From assembly GCA_047456295.1 (NCBI GenBank), contig CP179887.1, forward strand, positions 303,159 through 367,158: a stretch of 64,000 bases of DNA, in the 5' to 3' direction. The notes below the pieces were generated by a model. It was given only the letters and a program-made list of their open reading frames with translations, did no database searches and was not told the origin of the DNA. The position numbers and the translations under genes were made by a program. Of this stretch, positions 18,571-27,767 are shown in pieces. The DNA comes from Candidatus Nealsonbacteria bacterium (GTDB taxonomy: Bacteria; Patescibacteriota; Minisyncoccia; Minisyncoccales; JANBVM01). Within the stretch, counting starts at the first letter, position 1; each line of letters opens with the position of its first letter.

Positions 18571-18642
18571 GAGAGTTACTCCTAAACTAAGTCTTTAATG
18601 AGTGCTACCTCCTGACCCAACTCTATTATATATTACTGAAAA

Positions 18643-18672
18643 TAAAAAAAACAGACCTCGCTCGAGTGAGGC
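18643..18672 (-). terminator. Intrinsic terminator inside the murB leader
   Basis: Minus sense: CCTCACTC-GA-GCGAGG stem (with a G-U pair) followed by TCTGTTTTTTTT. Confidence 0.6.
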
Positions 18673-18714
18673 CTGCCGACTTAGAGGAGTTTCAAAAGAA
18701 ACACTCATATTCAA

Positions 18715-18743
18715 ATATTAGCAGATTAGAAATATTTTGTCAA
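18715..18743 (-). promoter_or_regulatory. Near-consensus sigma-70 promoter upstream of the murB leader
   Basis: Minus sense: TTGACA (18743-18738), 17 nt, TAATAT (18720-18715). Confidence 0.6.
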
Positions 18744-18818
18744 TGCTTAATAACCTGAGAGTTGATTGATTTTGACTCTTGTTATTGGACCTGCAAAACC
18801 GGTTCCTCTAATCTAGTA

Positions 18819-21047
18819 TTATTGGGGTAATTCTTTTAAAAACTGCTCAACCTCGGGAGCTAAATCTGGATTAATCTCTATTACTTTTTGAGCTGCTTGT
18901 TTTGCTTTTTCAAATTGGCCCAGGTTGGCATAGCTGTTGGCTAAACCTGCCCAGACCTCGGCATTTTCAGGATGAATTTCTATTGCCTCTTGGTAAAGAT
19001 ATAACACGCTCAAATCATCTCTTAAAACCTGATAAATTTCAGCTACCTGTCTTAGATTGTTCACGTTCTTTTTCCAATTATAACCTGCTTTTTCTGCATC
19101 TTTTACCTTTTGTAAGGCTTCTTCATATTGACCTGTCGTCTTATGGGTCATAGCCAAATACCAATAAGATACACCCAGTCTTGGTTCCAGGTCAATTGCT
19201 TTTTGAAACAAGTCATAGGCCAGTTGAGATTCACCCTTTGACAGCTTGACTTCAGCTAAGTGCCAATAACCCTGCTGGTTGGTAGGGCTCAATTCTATTG
19301 CCCTTTCAAGGGTTTTTTCTGCCAAATCTAATCTTTTCCTGTCCTCGCTAAAGCTGTAGCCGCTAAAATAAAGTCTACCCAAAAAAATATGAGGACGGAA
19401 ATCCAAGGGGTTTTTTCTAATGCTCTCTTGCATCTGCTCTTCAGCCACAAGAAAGGCAGATTCCAAAACCTGCCTGTCTTCTGTTAAATCAAAACCAGCT
19501 TCATAAACCCTTTGGGCAAACTGTTCCCTTATTTCGTATTTTTCCATTAAGGTATTTAGGGCTTTTTTGTAAAAATCCAATCTCTTTTCCAGGTTAACAG
19601 AAGAAACAATCATGTGAACTGTGTCTACGGCGCTATTGGCAGGTTGAATATTTCCAAAGTAAAGTAAAGAAACAGTTAGAACCCCGATCACACCAAAAAT
19701 GAGATATCTGCCAAAACCCTTTTCAAGTACCCCTAAAGGGGAATTGGATGATTCTTCAGCTGGTTGAAAAAATGAATCTTCTTTCTCTGTTATCAAAAAA
19801 GTGACAAATCCCAGGCTCAAAAAAAAGACGGTATAGCTTGATATCATATCAAAAACTAACAGGTTCTGGAAAAAATAAACAATCAACAAAACCGCCATTC
19901 CCAAAAAAGAAAAAATATTCCTCTTTTCTTTAAGATAAACTCTTAAAAGACCAAAGATTGAAACAGCAAAAATTAACAAATAACTTAAAAGACCAACTAC
20001 CCCGGTGGCAACCAGGCTATCTAAAACAATATTGTGTGCCCTGTCAAACCAAATCTCTCCTCCGCATTCTGACAGAAACATACAGGGATTAAAAAATTTT
20101 GTAAAAACCACATTGAAGTTTTCAGGACCCCAGCCAAATATCGGCTTTTGTAAAAATCCTTTCCAGGCCTTTTCCCAAACAACAAATCTGGGTTTCATCT
20201 CTTGTAAAGTTATCTCAATTGTATTTTTAATAAAAGCAGGTTGATAAATTGCAAGAATTATTCCTAAAACTATTAAAAACAAAACTAAAAATACCCCCAT
20301 TTTTTTCAGGTTTTTTTCCCCTGAAAAAATTAAATAACCCAAAAGAAATAAAGCCAATCCTCCAAAGAAAGAAATGATTGCTCCCCTAGCCGTAGAAGTT
20401 AATAAAACCGGAATGAAAATTATCAAAGATATTCCAGAAAAAATTCTCCAGCCAGAAGTCTTTTTTTCCAAAAACAAAATCAAGGCAAAAAAAATGTCAA
20501 ACAGTAAGTAAGCTGCCATAAAAGAAGTATTTCCAATTGTCCCTCCTCCCCTGGTAGAGACTCCTATTTCTCCTGGAAGCAAAACATAGAAACAAAGCAA
20601 AATACCAACTAATATGGAAACAGAAAGAATCTTTTCCCAATCTTCTCTTTTGTTGAAACAGCTGGTCAAAATAATGAAAAAAACTAAAAGATGAAAAAAG
20701 GTAAAGAGACCCGTCATTCTTTCAAAAGTGCTCCAAAAACTTCTTTCAAAGTTAATTCCCAAAAAAGACGTCAGAATCAATACTCCGACAAAGATAAAGA
20801 TTGAAATAGACAGAATATTAATTTTTGGACGATAGCGAGGAAAATATATTACCAAAATCAAATATGCTGCAAAAATAATCTCAACCAAAACCCTAAAATA
20901 AATGGTTTTAGGAGTAACAAAAGGAAAAAAAGATCTTCTGCTTATAATTAAAGGCGTGAATAAAACCAAATAAGTCCCCCATCTAATTATTGAAAGGCAA
21001 AACCTTTTTAAGGCTAAATTCTCGTTTTCTCTAAATTTTTTACCCAT
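18819..21047 (-). CDS. O-antigen ligase/polymerase-like (Wzy_C-type) membrane protein with C-terminal TPR repeats
   Basis: 742 aa. About 12 TM segments, with LLTSTARGAIISFFGGLALF typical of O-antigen ligase-like domains. The C-terminal ~250 aa are TPR-like (AIELSPTNQQGYWHLAEVKL, AIDLEPRLGVSYWYLAM, AIEIHPENAEVWAGLANSY). Confidence 0.75.
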   Translation of the reverse strand: MGKKFRENENLALKRFCLSIIRWGTYLVLFTPLIISRRSFFPFVTPKTIYFRVLVEIIFAAYLILVIYFPRYRPKINILSISIFIFVGVLILTSFLGINFERSFWSTFERMTGLFTFFHLLVFFIILTSCFNKREDWEKILSVSILVGILLCFYVLLPGEIGVSTRGGGTIGNTSFMAAYLLFDIFFALILFLEKKTSGWRIFSGISLIIFIPVLLTSTARGAIISFFGGLALFLLGYLIFSGEKNLKKMGVFLVLFLIVLGIILAIYQPAFIKNTIEITLQEMKPRFVVWEKAWKGFLQKPIFGWGPENFNVVFTKFFNPCMFLSECGGEIWFDRAHNIVLDSLVATGVVGLLSYLLIFAVSIFGLLRVYLKEKRNIFSFLGMAVLLIVYFFQNLLVFDMISSYTVFFLSLGFVTFLITEKEDSFFQPAEESSNSPLGVLEKGFGRYLIFGVIGVLTVSLLYFGNIQPANSAVDTVHMIVSSVNLEKRLDFYKKALNTLMEKYEIREQFAQRVYEAGFDLTEDRQVLESAFLVAEEQMQESIRKNPLDFRPHIFLGRLYFSGYSFSEDRKRLDLAEKTLERAIELSPTNQQGYWHLAEVKLSKGESQLAYDLFQKAIDLEPRLGVSYWYLAMTHKTTGQYEEALQKVKDAEKAGYNWKKNVNNLRQVAEIYQVLRDDLSVLYLYQEAIEIHPENAEVWAGLANSYANLGQFEKAKQAAQKVIEINPDLAPEVEQFLKELPQ

Positions 21048-21244
21048 TTTGTTATACTACTATTTTAATTAACAAATCGTTATTTGTAAAATTGAGGGCT
21101 TACCCGGTAGAGAAATTTTGACTATCTGCGCTACTTAAGATTTTCTTTCAGAAAATCTGTCAAAATTCTTCTACTGGGCTTGATTTTTCCTTTTTTTCGC
21201 TTTAAACTTATCTTATATAGTTGTGTTGCTGCCTAAGTTAGATT

Positions 21245-22558
21245 ATGTTAAACACATTGACCCGTAAAAAGATTCTTCTTTTCCTTGGAGATGTTTTTTT
21301 ACTCTATCTTTCTCTTTTCATCACGGTATTTCTGGGATTTCTGGGGGAATTTAGTTCTGCAATCTTTATTCTACACTTATTCCCTTTCTCTATAATTTAC
21401 TTTTTCTGGCTGGTCATCTTCTATATTTTTGGTCTTTATGACCTTCATTTAATTAAGAGCAAGATTGATTTTTATGGCCGGACCCTGGGGGCTGTTCTGG
21501 TTGGCTTGATTTTAGGAATGGTTTTTTTCTATTTAGTTCCCTTTTTTGGAATTACCCCAAAAACTAATTTAATTCTGAATGCCTTAATTTTTGGAATCCT
21601 ATTCTTAGGCTGGCGCAATCTTCTTTATACTTTATTTTCTGTTCACTTCTTAAATAGGACAGCAATAGTGGGTGAAGGTCCGGAGGTTGAAAGCTTAAAA
21701 AAAGAAATTGGGGAAAAACCTTATTTGGGGTATAAACTAATTCCAATCGATTTAAAAAAAGACTTTCTTTCTCAAATTCAAAAACATAATATTGATACCG
21801 TAATCTTTACTGAAGAATTTGAGTCAGACCCCCAAATTCTTAAAGCTCTTTACCTTTGTTTGCCAGCTCAAGTAAATTTCTTAGATTTTGCTAGTGCTTA
21901 CGAAATGGTTTATGAAAAAATTCCTATCTCAATGGTTTCTCAAGCTTGGTTTTTAGAAAACCTGAGGGAAAGAGAAAAGAGTTTTTATGATGAAATAAAA
22001 AGATTTTTTGAGATAGTTTTAGCTATTTTTTTACTAATTTTGACCTCCCCTTTTTGGCCATTGATTGCCGTATTTATTAAATCAGAAGATAAAGGGTCAA
22101 TTTTTTATTCCCAAGAGAGAATTGGAAAAGATAAGAAACCATTTATCTTATATAAATTCAGGTCAATGAAAGTTGGGGCAGAAAAAGAGAAAGCAGTTTG
22201 GGCAGAAAAAGAAGATAAAAGAATAACCAGGGTGGGTAAATTTTTAAGAAGAACTCATTTGGATGAAATTCCCCAAATGCTCAACATAATAAAGGGAGAT
22301 ATTTCTTTAGTAGGTCCCAGACCGGAGAGACCTGAGTTTGTCAAAAAATTAGGGGAAGAAATCCCCCATTACTATTTACGACATATTATAAAACCCGGCT
22401 TTACCGGGTGGGCTCAGATTAAATTCAGGTATGGAAGATCTGTTATGGACAGTAAAGAAAAATTTGAGTATGACTTATATTATTTAAAAAACAGAAACTT
22501 TTTACTCGACATAGGAATTCTATTAAAAACCTTTCAATTATTTTTCAAAAAAGAATAA
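21245..22558 (+). CDS. Polyprenyl-phosphate hexose-1-phosphate transferase (WbaP/bacterial sugar transferase family), priming enzyme
   Basis: 437 aa. N-terminal TM segments, then a C-terminal sugar-transferase domain: KPFILYKFRSM...LDEIPQMLNIIKGDISLVGPRPERPEF. Confidence 0.88.
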   Translation: MLNTLTRKKILLFLGDVFLLYLSLFITVFLGFLGEFSSAIFILHLFPFSIIYFFWLVIFYIFGLYDLHLIKSKIDFYGRTLGAVLVGLILGMVFFYLVPFFGITPKTNLILNALIFGILFLGWRNLLYTLFSVHFLNRTAIVGEGPEVESLKKEIGEKPYLGYKLIPIDLKKDFLSQIQKHNIDTVIFTEEFESDPQILKALYLCLPAQVNFLDFASAYEMVYEKIPISMVSQAWFLENLREREKSFYDEIKRFFEIVLAIFLLILTSPFWPLIAVFIKSEDKGSIFYSQERIGKDKKPFILYKFRSMKVGAEKEKAVWAEKEDKRITRVGKFLRRTHLDEIPQMLNIIKGDISLVGPRPERPEFVKKLGEEIPHYYLRHIIKPGFTGWAQIKFRYGRSVMDSKEKFEYDLYYLKNRNFLLDIGILLKTFQLFFKKE

Positions 22559-23653
22559 TCAAAGAGTTTTGTAAATCTCGTTCGTTTTTTTTAACATTTT
22601 TTCTAAAGAAAATTCTTTAACAGTTTTTTCTTGAGCTGCTCGTCCCATTTCTTGAATTAATTCAGGATTTTTTAATAATTTCTCCAGGGCTTTTTTTAAT
22701 TCTTCTTTATCTCCTCTCTTTATTAGAATTCCACATTTCTCATCTATTGCCTCTCTTATTCCACCCACATCAGAAGCAATGATTCCTAAACCGCAACTCA
22801 TTGCCTCAATAACCGTATAAGGAAAACCTTCCCAATTTGAAATTAAAACAAAAATATGGCTCTTTTTTAAAATTTCAAAAACTTCTTTGCGGGGTAATCT
22901 GCCAAGCAATTTTATCTTTTTTTCTAATTTGTTTTCTTCAATAAACCTTTCTAACTCTTTTCTTTTTATACCTTCTCCGATAATAGAAATTTGGACTTTA
23001 TTCTTTATTTCAAAAGATAATTCATTAAATCCTTTAATTAAAAGTAAAGGATCTTTTTGCCTACCCAATCTCCCAACGAATACTATTTTAATCTTGTTAG
23101 GATCAATTTCCCTGGGGAATTCAGCTTGAATTTCCATCCCATTGTGAATAGTAACTATTTTCTCAGGAGAAGCAATTTTGTATTTCAAAGCTAATTTTTT
23201 GTCAAATTCTGAAACACATATAATCTTACTGCAAAATCTAGCTGCTATTTTTTCAGCAAGTAAAACTGGATATCTCCTCCACCAAGGCACTCCTGGGGTA
23301 AATCCCCAGCCATGAGCAGTAAAAATTGTGGGAATTTTATTTTTTACTACCAATCTACCCAAAAATCCGGCCTTGGTACTGTGGCAAGAAATTAAATCTG
23401 GTCTAAAATCTTTGATTGCTTTTTTAATTTCCTTTATTGTTTTAAAATCTCTAATTAAATTTATCTCATTAAACAAATATTTATTGGGATAAAATTTTAT
23501 TCCCAATTCCCCCATTTTTTTCTCTAGCCAACCTCCTAGATAACTCATCACGGCAATTTTTTCTCCCCTTTTTATAAAATACCGGCTAAGTTGATAAATA
23601 TGGGTTTGGGCCCCTCCTATCTCTGATTTAGTTATTAAATAAAAAATCCTCAT
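22559..23653 (-). CDS. Glycosyltransferase family 4 (GT-B)
   Basis: 364 aa. EGFPYTVIEAMSCGLGIIASDVGGIREAI is the E-x7-E region. Confidence 0.85.
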   Translation of the reverse strand: MRIFYLITKSEIGGAQTHIYQLSRYFIKRGEKIAVMSYLGGWLEKKMGELGIKFYPNKYLFNEINLIRDFKTIKEIKKAIKDFRPDLISCHSTKAGFLGRLVVKNKIPTIFTAHGWGFTPGVPWWRRYPVLLAEKIAARFCSKIICVSEFDKKLALKYKIASPEKIVTIHNGMEIQAEFPREIDPNKIKIVFVGRLGRQKDPLLLIKGFNELSFEIKNKVQISIIGEGIKRKELERFIEENKLEKKIKLLGRLPRKEVFEILKKSHIFVLISNWEGFPYTVIEAMSCGLGIIASDVGGIREAIDEKCGILIKRGDKEELKKALEKLLKNPELIQEMGRAAQEKTVKEFSLEKMLKKTNEIYKTL

Positions 23654-23660
23654 CTAAGTT

Positions 23661-24962
23661 TTAGAAAATTTTATACAATCGCCTTTGCCCTTTTAAAGCA
23701 GAAAGTAAAATATATTTTTTGAAAAAAGAATTCTCTATAATAAATTTTACAAAATCTTCTGCATTATAATTTTTATATGCTCCTTTCATTTGATACTCTT
23801 CTGGATTGTGTGTTTCAAAAAATAATTCTTTAGCTTTCATTTTGTGTAAAAGATTTCTCAACTTCTCATAAGTGCTTTTCCTTTTCAAAAAATGATGAAA
23901 TATATTCAGGGCTAAAACTATATCAAAATTTAGTACTTGACCTTTTTTATAATCAAATATTGATTGTTGAATAATCTTGAATTTTTCATTATTAGCATCT
24001 CTTAATCTCTGCATAAAGTAGGCATCTTCGGGATTAATTTCAACAGCCCAACAATCAAATCCAAGCTGTTCAAATCTATGACAAAAATAGCCGAGATTTG
24101 CGCCAATATCCAAAACCCTGCCTTTTAAAAAAGATGTGTTGTTTTTTATCAATTCAAAACGTTCTGGGCCATAAACAAAAGGAATATCTTCTAAATCACA
24201 ATAATATGCTGGCTGATATAATTTTCCTCCTTTTAATTCGGCATAGGATTTTAGTTTGTCTTTGAAATCCATCCATTTTTTATGTCTTACTAAAACCATA
24301 ACTGGAATCTTAGAAAGTTGAAGTATTTTGGCTATAGCAAGCCGATGAGCCCCGTCATTGAAAAGCAGTTGTCCATTTCTTCCTATGCTAATTAATATTT
24401 CATCAATTTTCCCGTAGTGTTTATCCGCTTTCCCTTGATAAGTATCCGATTGATTATTGTCTTGTCTTATATTTAGATAATAACCCTTGGTTTTAATACT
24501 TTCGTAAAGATTATCTATTAATTTCAATCTTTTTTCCCACTCTTCCTTGCTCCGGCAACGCCACATAATCTCTCCATTATTAATTCTTTTAAGAATATCC
24601 TTGTAGAATCTTGTTTCTTTCCATTCTTTGTGCTCAATAAATCTTTCTTTTAATCCTTGATATGTTTTGCTTTCTGAAAACTTCTTATCAGAAATATCCC
24701 AATTACCTCCCTTTACCATTCCTCTGTCGGCAAAAACATTAAACCTGCCATTGTAACAATATTGAATCTTTTCTGGATCTACTAAATATATTTTAAAAAT
24801 ATTAATATCCTTTGTTTGATTCTTGCGTAAGGAAAAAATGATTTTATAAAATATAAACCTTATATCGCGCAATAGTTTAATAGTAGGACGACCAATAAAA
24901 GGAAGATGGTCTTCTAAAAAGAAAAGGGGCTTTTTAAAATTGTCTAAGGTTTTTTTCTTCAT
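23661..24962 (-). CDS. Fusion protein: ParB/Srx-fold domain plus class I SAM-dependent methyltransferase
   Basis: 433 aa. The middle region ILISIGRNGQLLFNDGAHRLAIAKILQLSKIPVMV is a ParB-like DGxHR..IPV pattern. The C-terminus VLDIGANLGYFCHRFEQLGFDCWAVEINPED...LNIFHHF is a Rossmann MTase motif I plus following motifs. Confidence 0.6.
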   Translation of the reverse strand: MKKKTLDNFKKPLFFLEDHLPFIGRPTIKLLRDIRFIFYKIIFSLRKNQTKDINIFKIYLVDPEKIQYCYNGRFNVFADRGMVKGGNWDISDKKFSESKTYQGLKERFIEHKEWKETRFYKDILKRINNGEIMWRCRSKEEWEKRLKLIDNLYESIKTKGYYLNIRQDNNQSDTYQGKADKHYGKIDEILISIGRNGQLLFNDGAHRLAIAKILQLSKIPVMVLVRHKKWMDFKDKLKSYAELKGGKLYQPAYYCDLEDIPFVYGPERFELIKNNTSFLKGRVLDIGANLGYFCHRFEQLGFDCWAVEINPEDAYFMQRLRDANNEKFKIIQQSIFDYKKGQVLNFDIVLALNIFHHFLKRKSTYEKLRNLLHKMKAKELFFETHNPEEYQMKGAYKNYNAEDFVKFIIENSFFKKYILLSALKGQRRLYKIF

Positions 24963-25843
24963 TTTTTAAATACTCCCTTTATCATTCCAAACCCCTTTGA
25001 AAAATGCCCAACCAAAAACTGTCTCAAAATCCAACCAATACTTGACCAGATAAATTTCATCCGATTTTTGAAATTTTTTTGAACATTATCTCTATAAATA
25101 ACGCAGCGATTAAAACCCTCTTTTTCTCCTATTATAAAATCTGTGTCTTTAGAAACAGAAGATTCTTTATGAAACACTTTTGCTTCAGGAATAATGAGAA
25201 AATAATATCCTGCTTTCTTGGCTTTCATAAAAAAATCTACATCTTCTAAAGCTGTCCTCCCGGGACTCAAAGGACGAAACGGAATTTTTTCAATTAAATC
25301 CTTTCTAAAAGAAGAAACTCCTCCGCTTAAATAAAAAACTTTTCCACTCTTTTTAATGGAAGGATCCCAAACCTGAAAACCAATATCGGTAATATCCCAG
25401 CTTATAGGAGAAGACAAGAGAAAAATTTTATTAAAAATTTTTTCAAAAAAGAAGATTGGTCTGAGGTTCTCAATAATTCCCCCTATTCCTCCAAGATTTG
25501 GATCATCTTTGTATTTTTCCCATTCTTTTTTAAGTAGAGCGATATAATCTTTTTCTAAAATTACATCATCGTCAAGAAATAAAACAATATCGCTGGAAGC
25601 TTTTTTTGTTCCAAAATTTTTAGATTCGGCCAAACCAGGTACGTTTTTTTTAAAATATTTGAATCTAATATTTAAATTATATAACAAAGATTGGATGTGT
25701 TGTTTTTGGAGCTCGGAAATATTTCCATCATCAATAATAATAATTTCGTTCGGCAACACTGTTTGTCCTATAATTGATTCGATACAACCCACAAGATCTT
25801 GCTCTCTATCTTTTGTTGGAATAACAACGCTGAGATACAACAT
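24959..25843 (-). CDS. Glycosyltransferase family 2
   Basis: 294 aa. LSVVIPTKDRE..IIIIDDGN...FLDDDV (DxD). Confidence 0.85.
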   Translation of the reverse strand: MLYLSVVIPTKDREQDLVGCIESIIGQTVLPNEIIIIDDGNISELQKQHIQSLLYNLNIRFKYFKKNVPGLAESKNFGTKKASSDIVLFLDDDVILEKDYIALLKKEWEKYKDDPNLGGIGGIIENLRPIFFFEKIFNKIFLLSSPISWDITDIGFQVWDPSIKKSGKVFYLSGGVSSFRKDLIEKIPFRPLSPGRTALEDVDFFMKAKKAGYYFLIIPEAKVFHKESSVSKDTDFIIGEKEGFNRCVIYRDNVQKNFKNRMKFIWSSIGWILRQFLVGHFSKGFGMIKGVFKK

Positions 25844-25872
25844 GTATTCTTATTATTAAAATTTACCAAGGG

Positions 25873-26817
25873 TTAAAGTTTATTAAAGATTTTATATCTT
25901 CTTAACCGCATTTTTAATTGAGTTAAATGATGATAAAAATCTGAACCAAAAAAAGAAATTAGAAAATACAAATAACTTTTAATATTCAAGGGGTTGAGTT
26001 TAATCGATTTTAGAAAGTATTTTCTTGCTTTTTTAATTTCTTTTGCTAAAGCACATCTTGTTCCATCGTATCTTAATTTAGCACTATAAATCTTAGGATT
26101 TTTTTGATAGTAACTTTTATACTTATTAACAATATAGTCTAAGTCTTTCTTTGCTTTATTTTTAAGAACCGAACTTGTGTTCCCTGAATGAATATAATAT
26201 TTAAATAATGGCTCACTAACAAAATCAAAATCATATTCTCGGGCAATTCTTATCCACATATCCCAATCTTCCATAAATTTTAAAGATTCATCAAAAAAAC
26301 CCACCTTATTTATAATATTCTTTTTTACTATTATGCTACTAGAGCTCCAAATAAAATTACTCGTTAGAAGTTTACGAAAAATATTTTTACATTTTGGAAT
26401 TTTATATTCTTGTTTTTGGTTATTTTTTTTATTAATAACTAAGGCGTCGCAACCAACAAATCCCATTCTTGGATTTTTGGATTGATTAAATAAATCTATT
26501 TGTTTTTCTAGTTTTTTTGGTAGCCACTCATCATCACTATCTAAAAAAGCTATATATTCTCCTTTTGATTTCTTTATTCCAGTATTTCTAGTAGCTGCAA
26601 TTCCCTGATTTGCTTTATGTCGAATATAGCAGATTCTCTCATCATCAAAATTTTTAACAACTTCTTCTGTATTATCCATAGATCCATCATCTACAACAAT
26701 AATCTCAAAGTTTTGATAAGTCTGGTTTAAAACACTTTGAATGGCCCGAACCACTAAATGGGCCCTGTTATAGGTTGGGATAATTACTGATATCAAAAAT
26801 GTTTCCATTTTAATCAT
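25873..26817 (-). CDS. Glycosyltransferase family 2 (paralog A)
   Basis: 314 aa. ISVIIPTYNRA..IIVVDDGSMDNT..FLDSDDEWLPKKLEKQ. Confidence 0.85.
   Translation of the reverse strand: MIKMETFLISVIIPTYNRAHLVVRAIQSVLNQTYQNFEIIVVDDGSMDNTEEVVKNFDDERICYIRHKANQGIAATRNTGIKKSKGEYIAFLDSDDEWLPKKLEKQIDLFNQSKNPRMGFVGCDALVINKKNNQKQEYKIPKCKNIFRKLLTSNFIWSSSSIIVKKNIINKVGFFDESLKFMEDWDMWIRIAREYDFDFVSEPLFKYYIHSGNTSSVLKNKAKKDLDYIVNKYKSYYQKNPKIYSAKLRYDGTRCALAKEIKKARKYFLKSIKLNPLNIKSYLYFLISFFGSDFYHHLTQLKMRLRRYKIFNKL
26188..26268. repeat. 81-nt near-identical patch shared with 27141-27221 (79/81 identical)
   Basis: Direct comparison of the two GT2 paralogs. Both encode WIRIAREYDFDFVSEPLFKYYIH, while the rest of the genes are much more diverged. 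Confidence 0.85.
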
Positions 26818-26825
26818 AAGTATGT

Positions 26826-27767
26826 TTATTTATAATCTAAAAAAGGACTCTTTGTCATTTTTCTTTTTTGATTCAAGATTTTTTTATAAAGACTATATCC
26901 AAACAAAGAAACAATAAAATTTATACAACTTCTCAAATATAAAGGAGTAGTTATTGCCCTAATGAAACTTTTACGCGCTGTCTTTAAATCACCATTTAAT
27001 AAATAAGCTGTTCCAAGGTCTCTTAATCGAACACTATGAACCCTAGGATGTTTTTTATAAACTTCTTGGTATTTCTCTAAAATATATTTTAAGCCTCTTA
27101 CTTTGCTAAGTCCTTTCAGAGACCTCATAAAATTATTTTTATGAATATAATATTTAAATAATGGCTCGCTAACAAAATCAAAATCATATTCTCGGGCAAT
27201 TCTTATCCACGTATCCCAATCAGGAGCAAATTTAAAATTTTTATCAAATCTTTCACTTATAATTACTTCTCTTTTTAATAAAACCGAACTGGCACTAAAA
27301 ACAAAACAAGAACTTAAAATTTCCTCAATAATATTACCACGATAATTAGGTATTTTATGAATAAATCGTTTATCGTCTTTTATTATAATTGCATGACAAG
27401 CGACAAAGCCCAACTGCTTCCCAAAAACACTTTTCTTAAATAAATCTAGTTGTTTCTCTAGTTTCTCGGGCAACCATTCATCATCGCTATCCAAAAATGC
27501 AATGTATTTACCCTTAGTGGCCTTGAGTCCTGCATTTCTTGGAACAGCAGATCCTCCTGAATTTTCCTTAAGCCGAATATATTTTATCCTTTTATTATTA
27601 AAACCTTTCAATACCTCTTCTGTATTATCGGTGGAACCGTCATTAATAATAATCTCTAAATTTTTATAAGTTTGCTTAACTACACTTTCAATTGCTCCAT
27701 TTAAAAATTTCCCTGAATTATAACTTGGAATTATAACCGAGATCTTCTTTAAAGGATATTTAGTCAT
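26826..27767 (-). CDS. Glycosyltransferase family 2 (paralog B)
   Basis: 313 aa. ISVIIPSYNSG..IIINDGSTDNT..FLDSDDEWLPEKLEKQ. Paralog of the adjacent gene. Confidence 0.85.
   Translation of the reverse strand: MTKYPLKKISVIIPSYNSGKFLNGAIESVVKQTYKNLEIIINDGSTDNTEEVLKGFNNKRIKYIRLKENSGGSAVPRNAGLKATKGKYIAFLDSDDEWLPEKLEKQLDLFKKSVFGKQLGFVACHAIIIKDDKRFIHKIPNYRGNIIEEILSSCFVFSASSVLLKREVIISERFDKNFKFAPDWDTWIRIAREYDFDFVSEPLFKYYIHKNNFMRSLKGLSKVRGLKYILEKYQEVYKKHPRVHSVRLRDLGTAYLLNGDLKTARKSFIRAITTPLYLRSCINFIVSLFGYSLYKKILNQKRKMTKSPFLDYK
27141..27221. repeat. Second copy of the 81-nt patch (see 26188-26268)
   Basis: atgaatataatatttaaataatggctcGctaacaaaatcaaaatcatattctcgggcaattcttatccacGtatcccaatc differs at 2 positions from the first copy. 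Confidence 0.85.
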
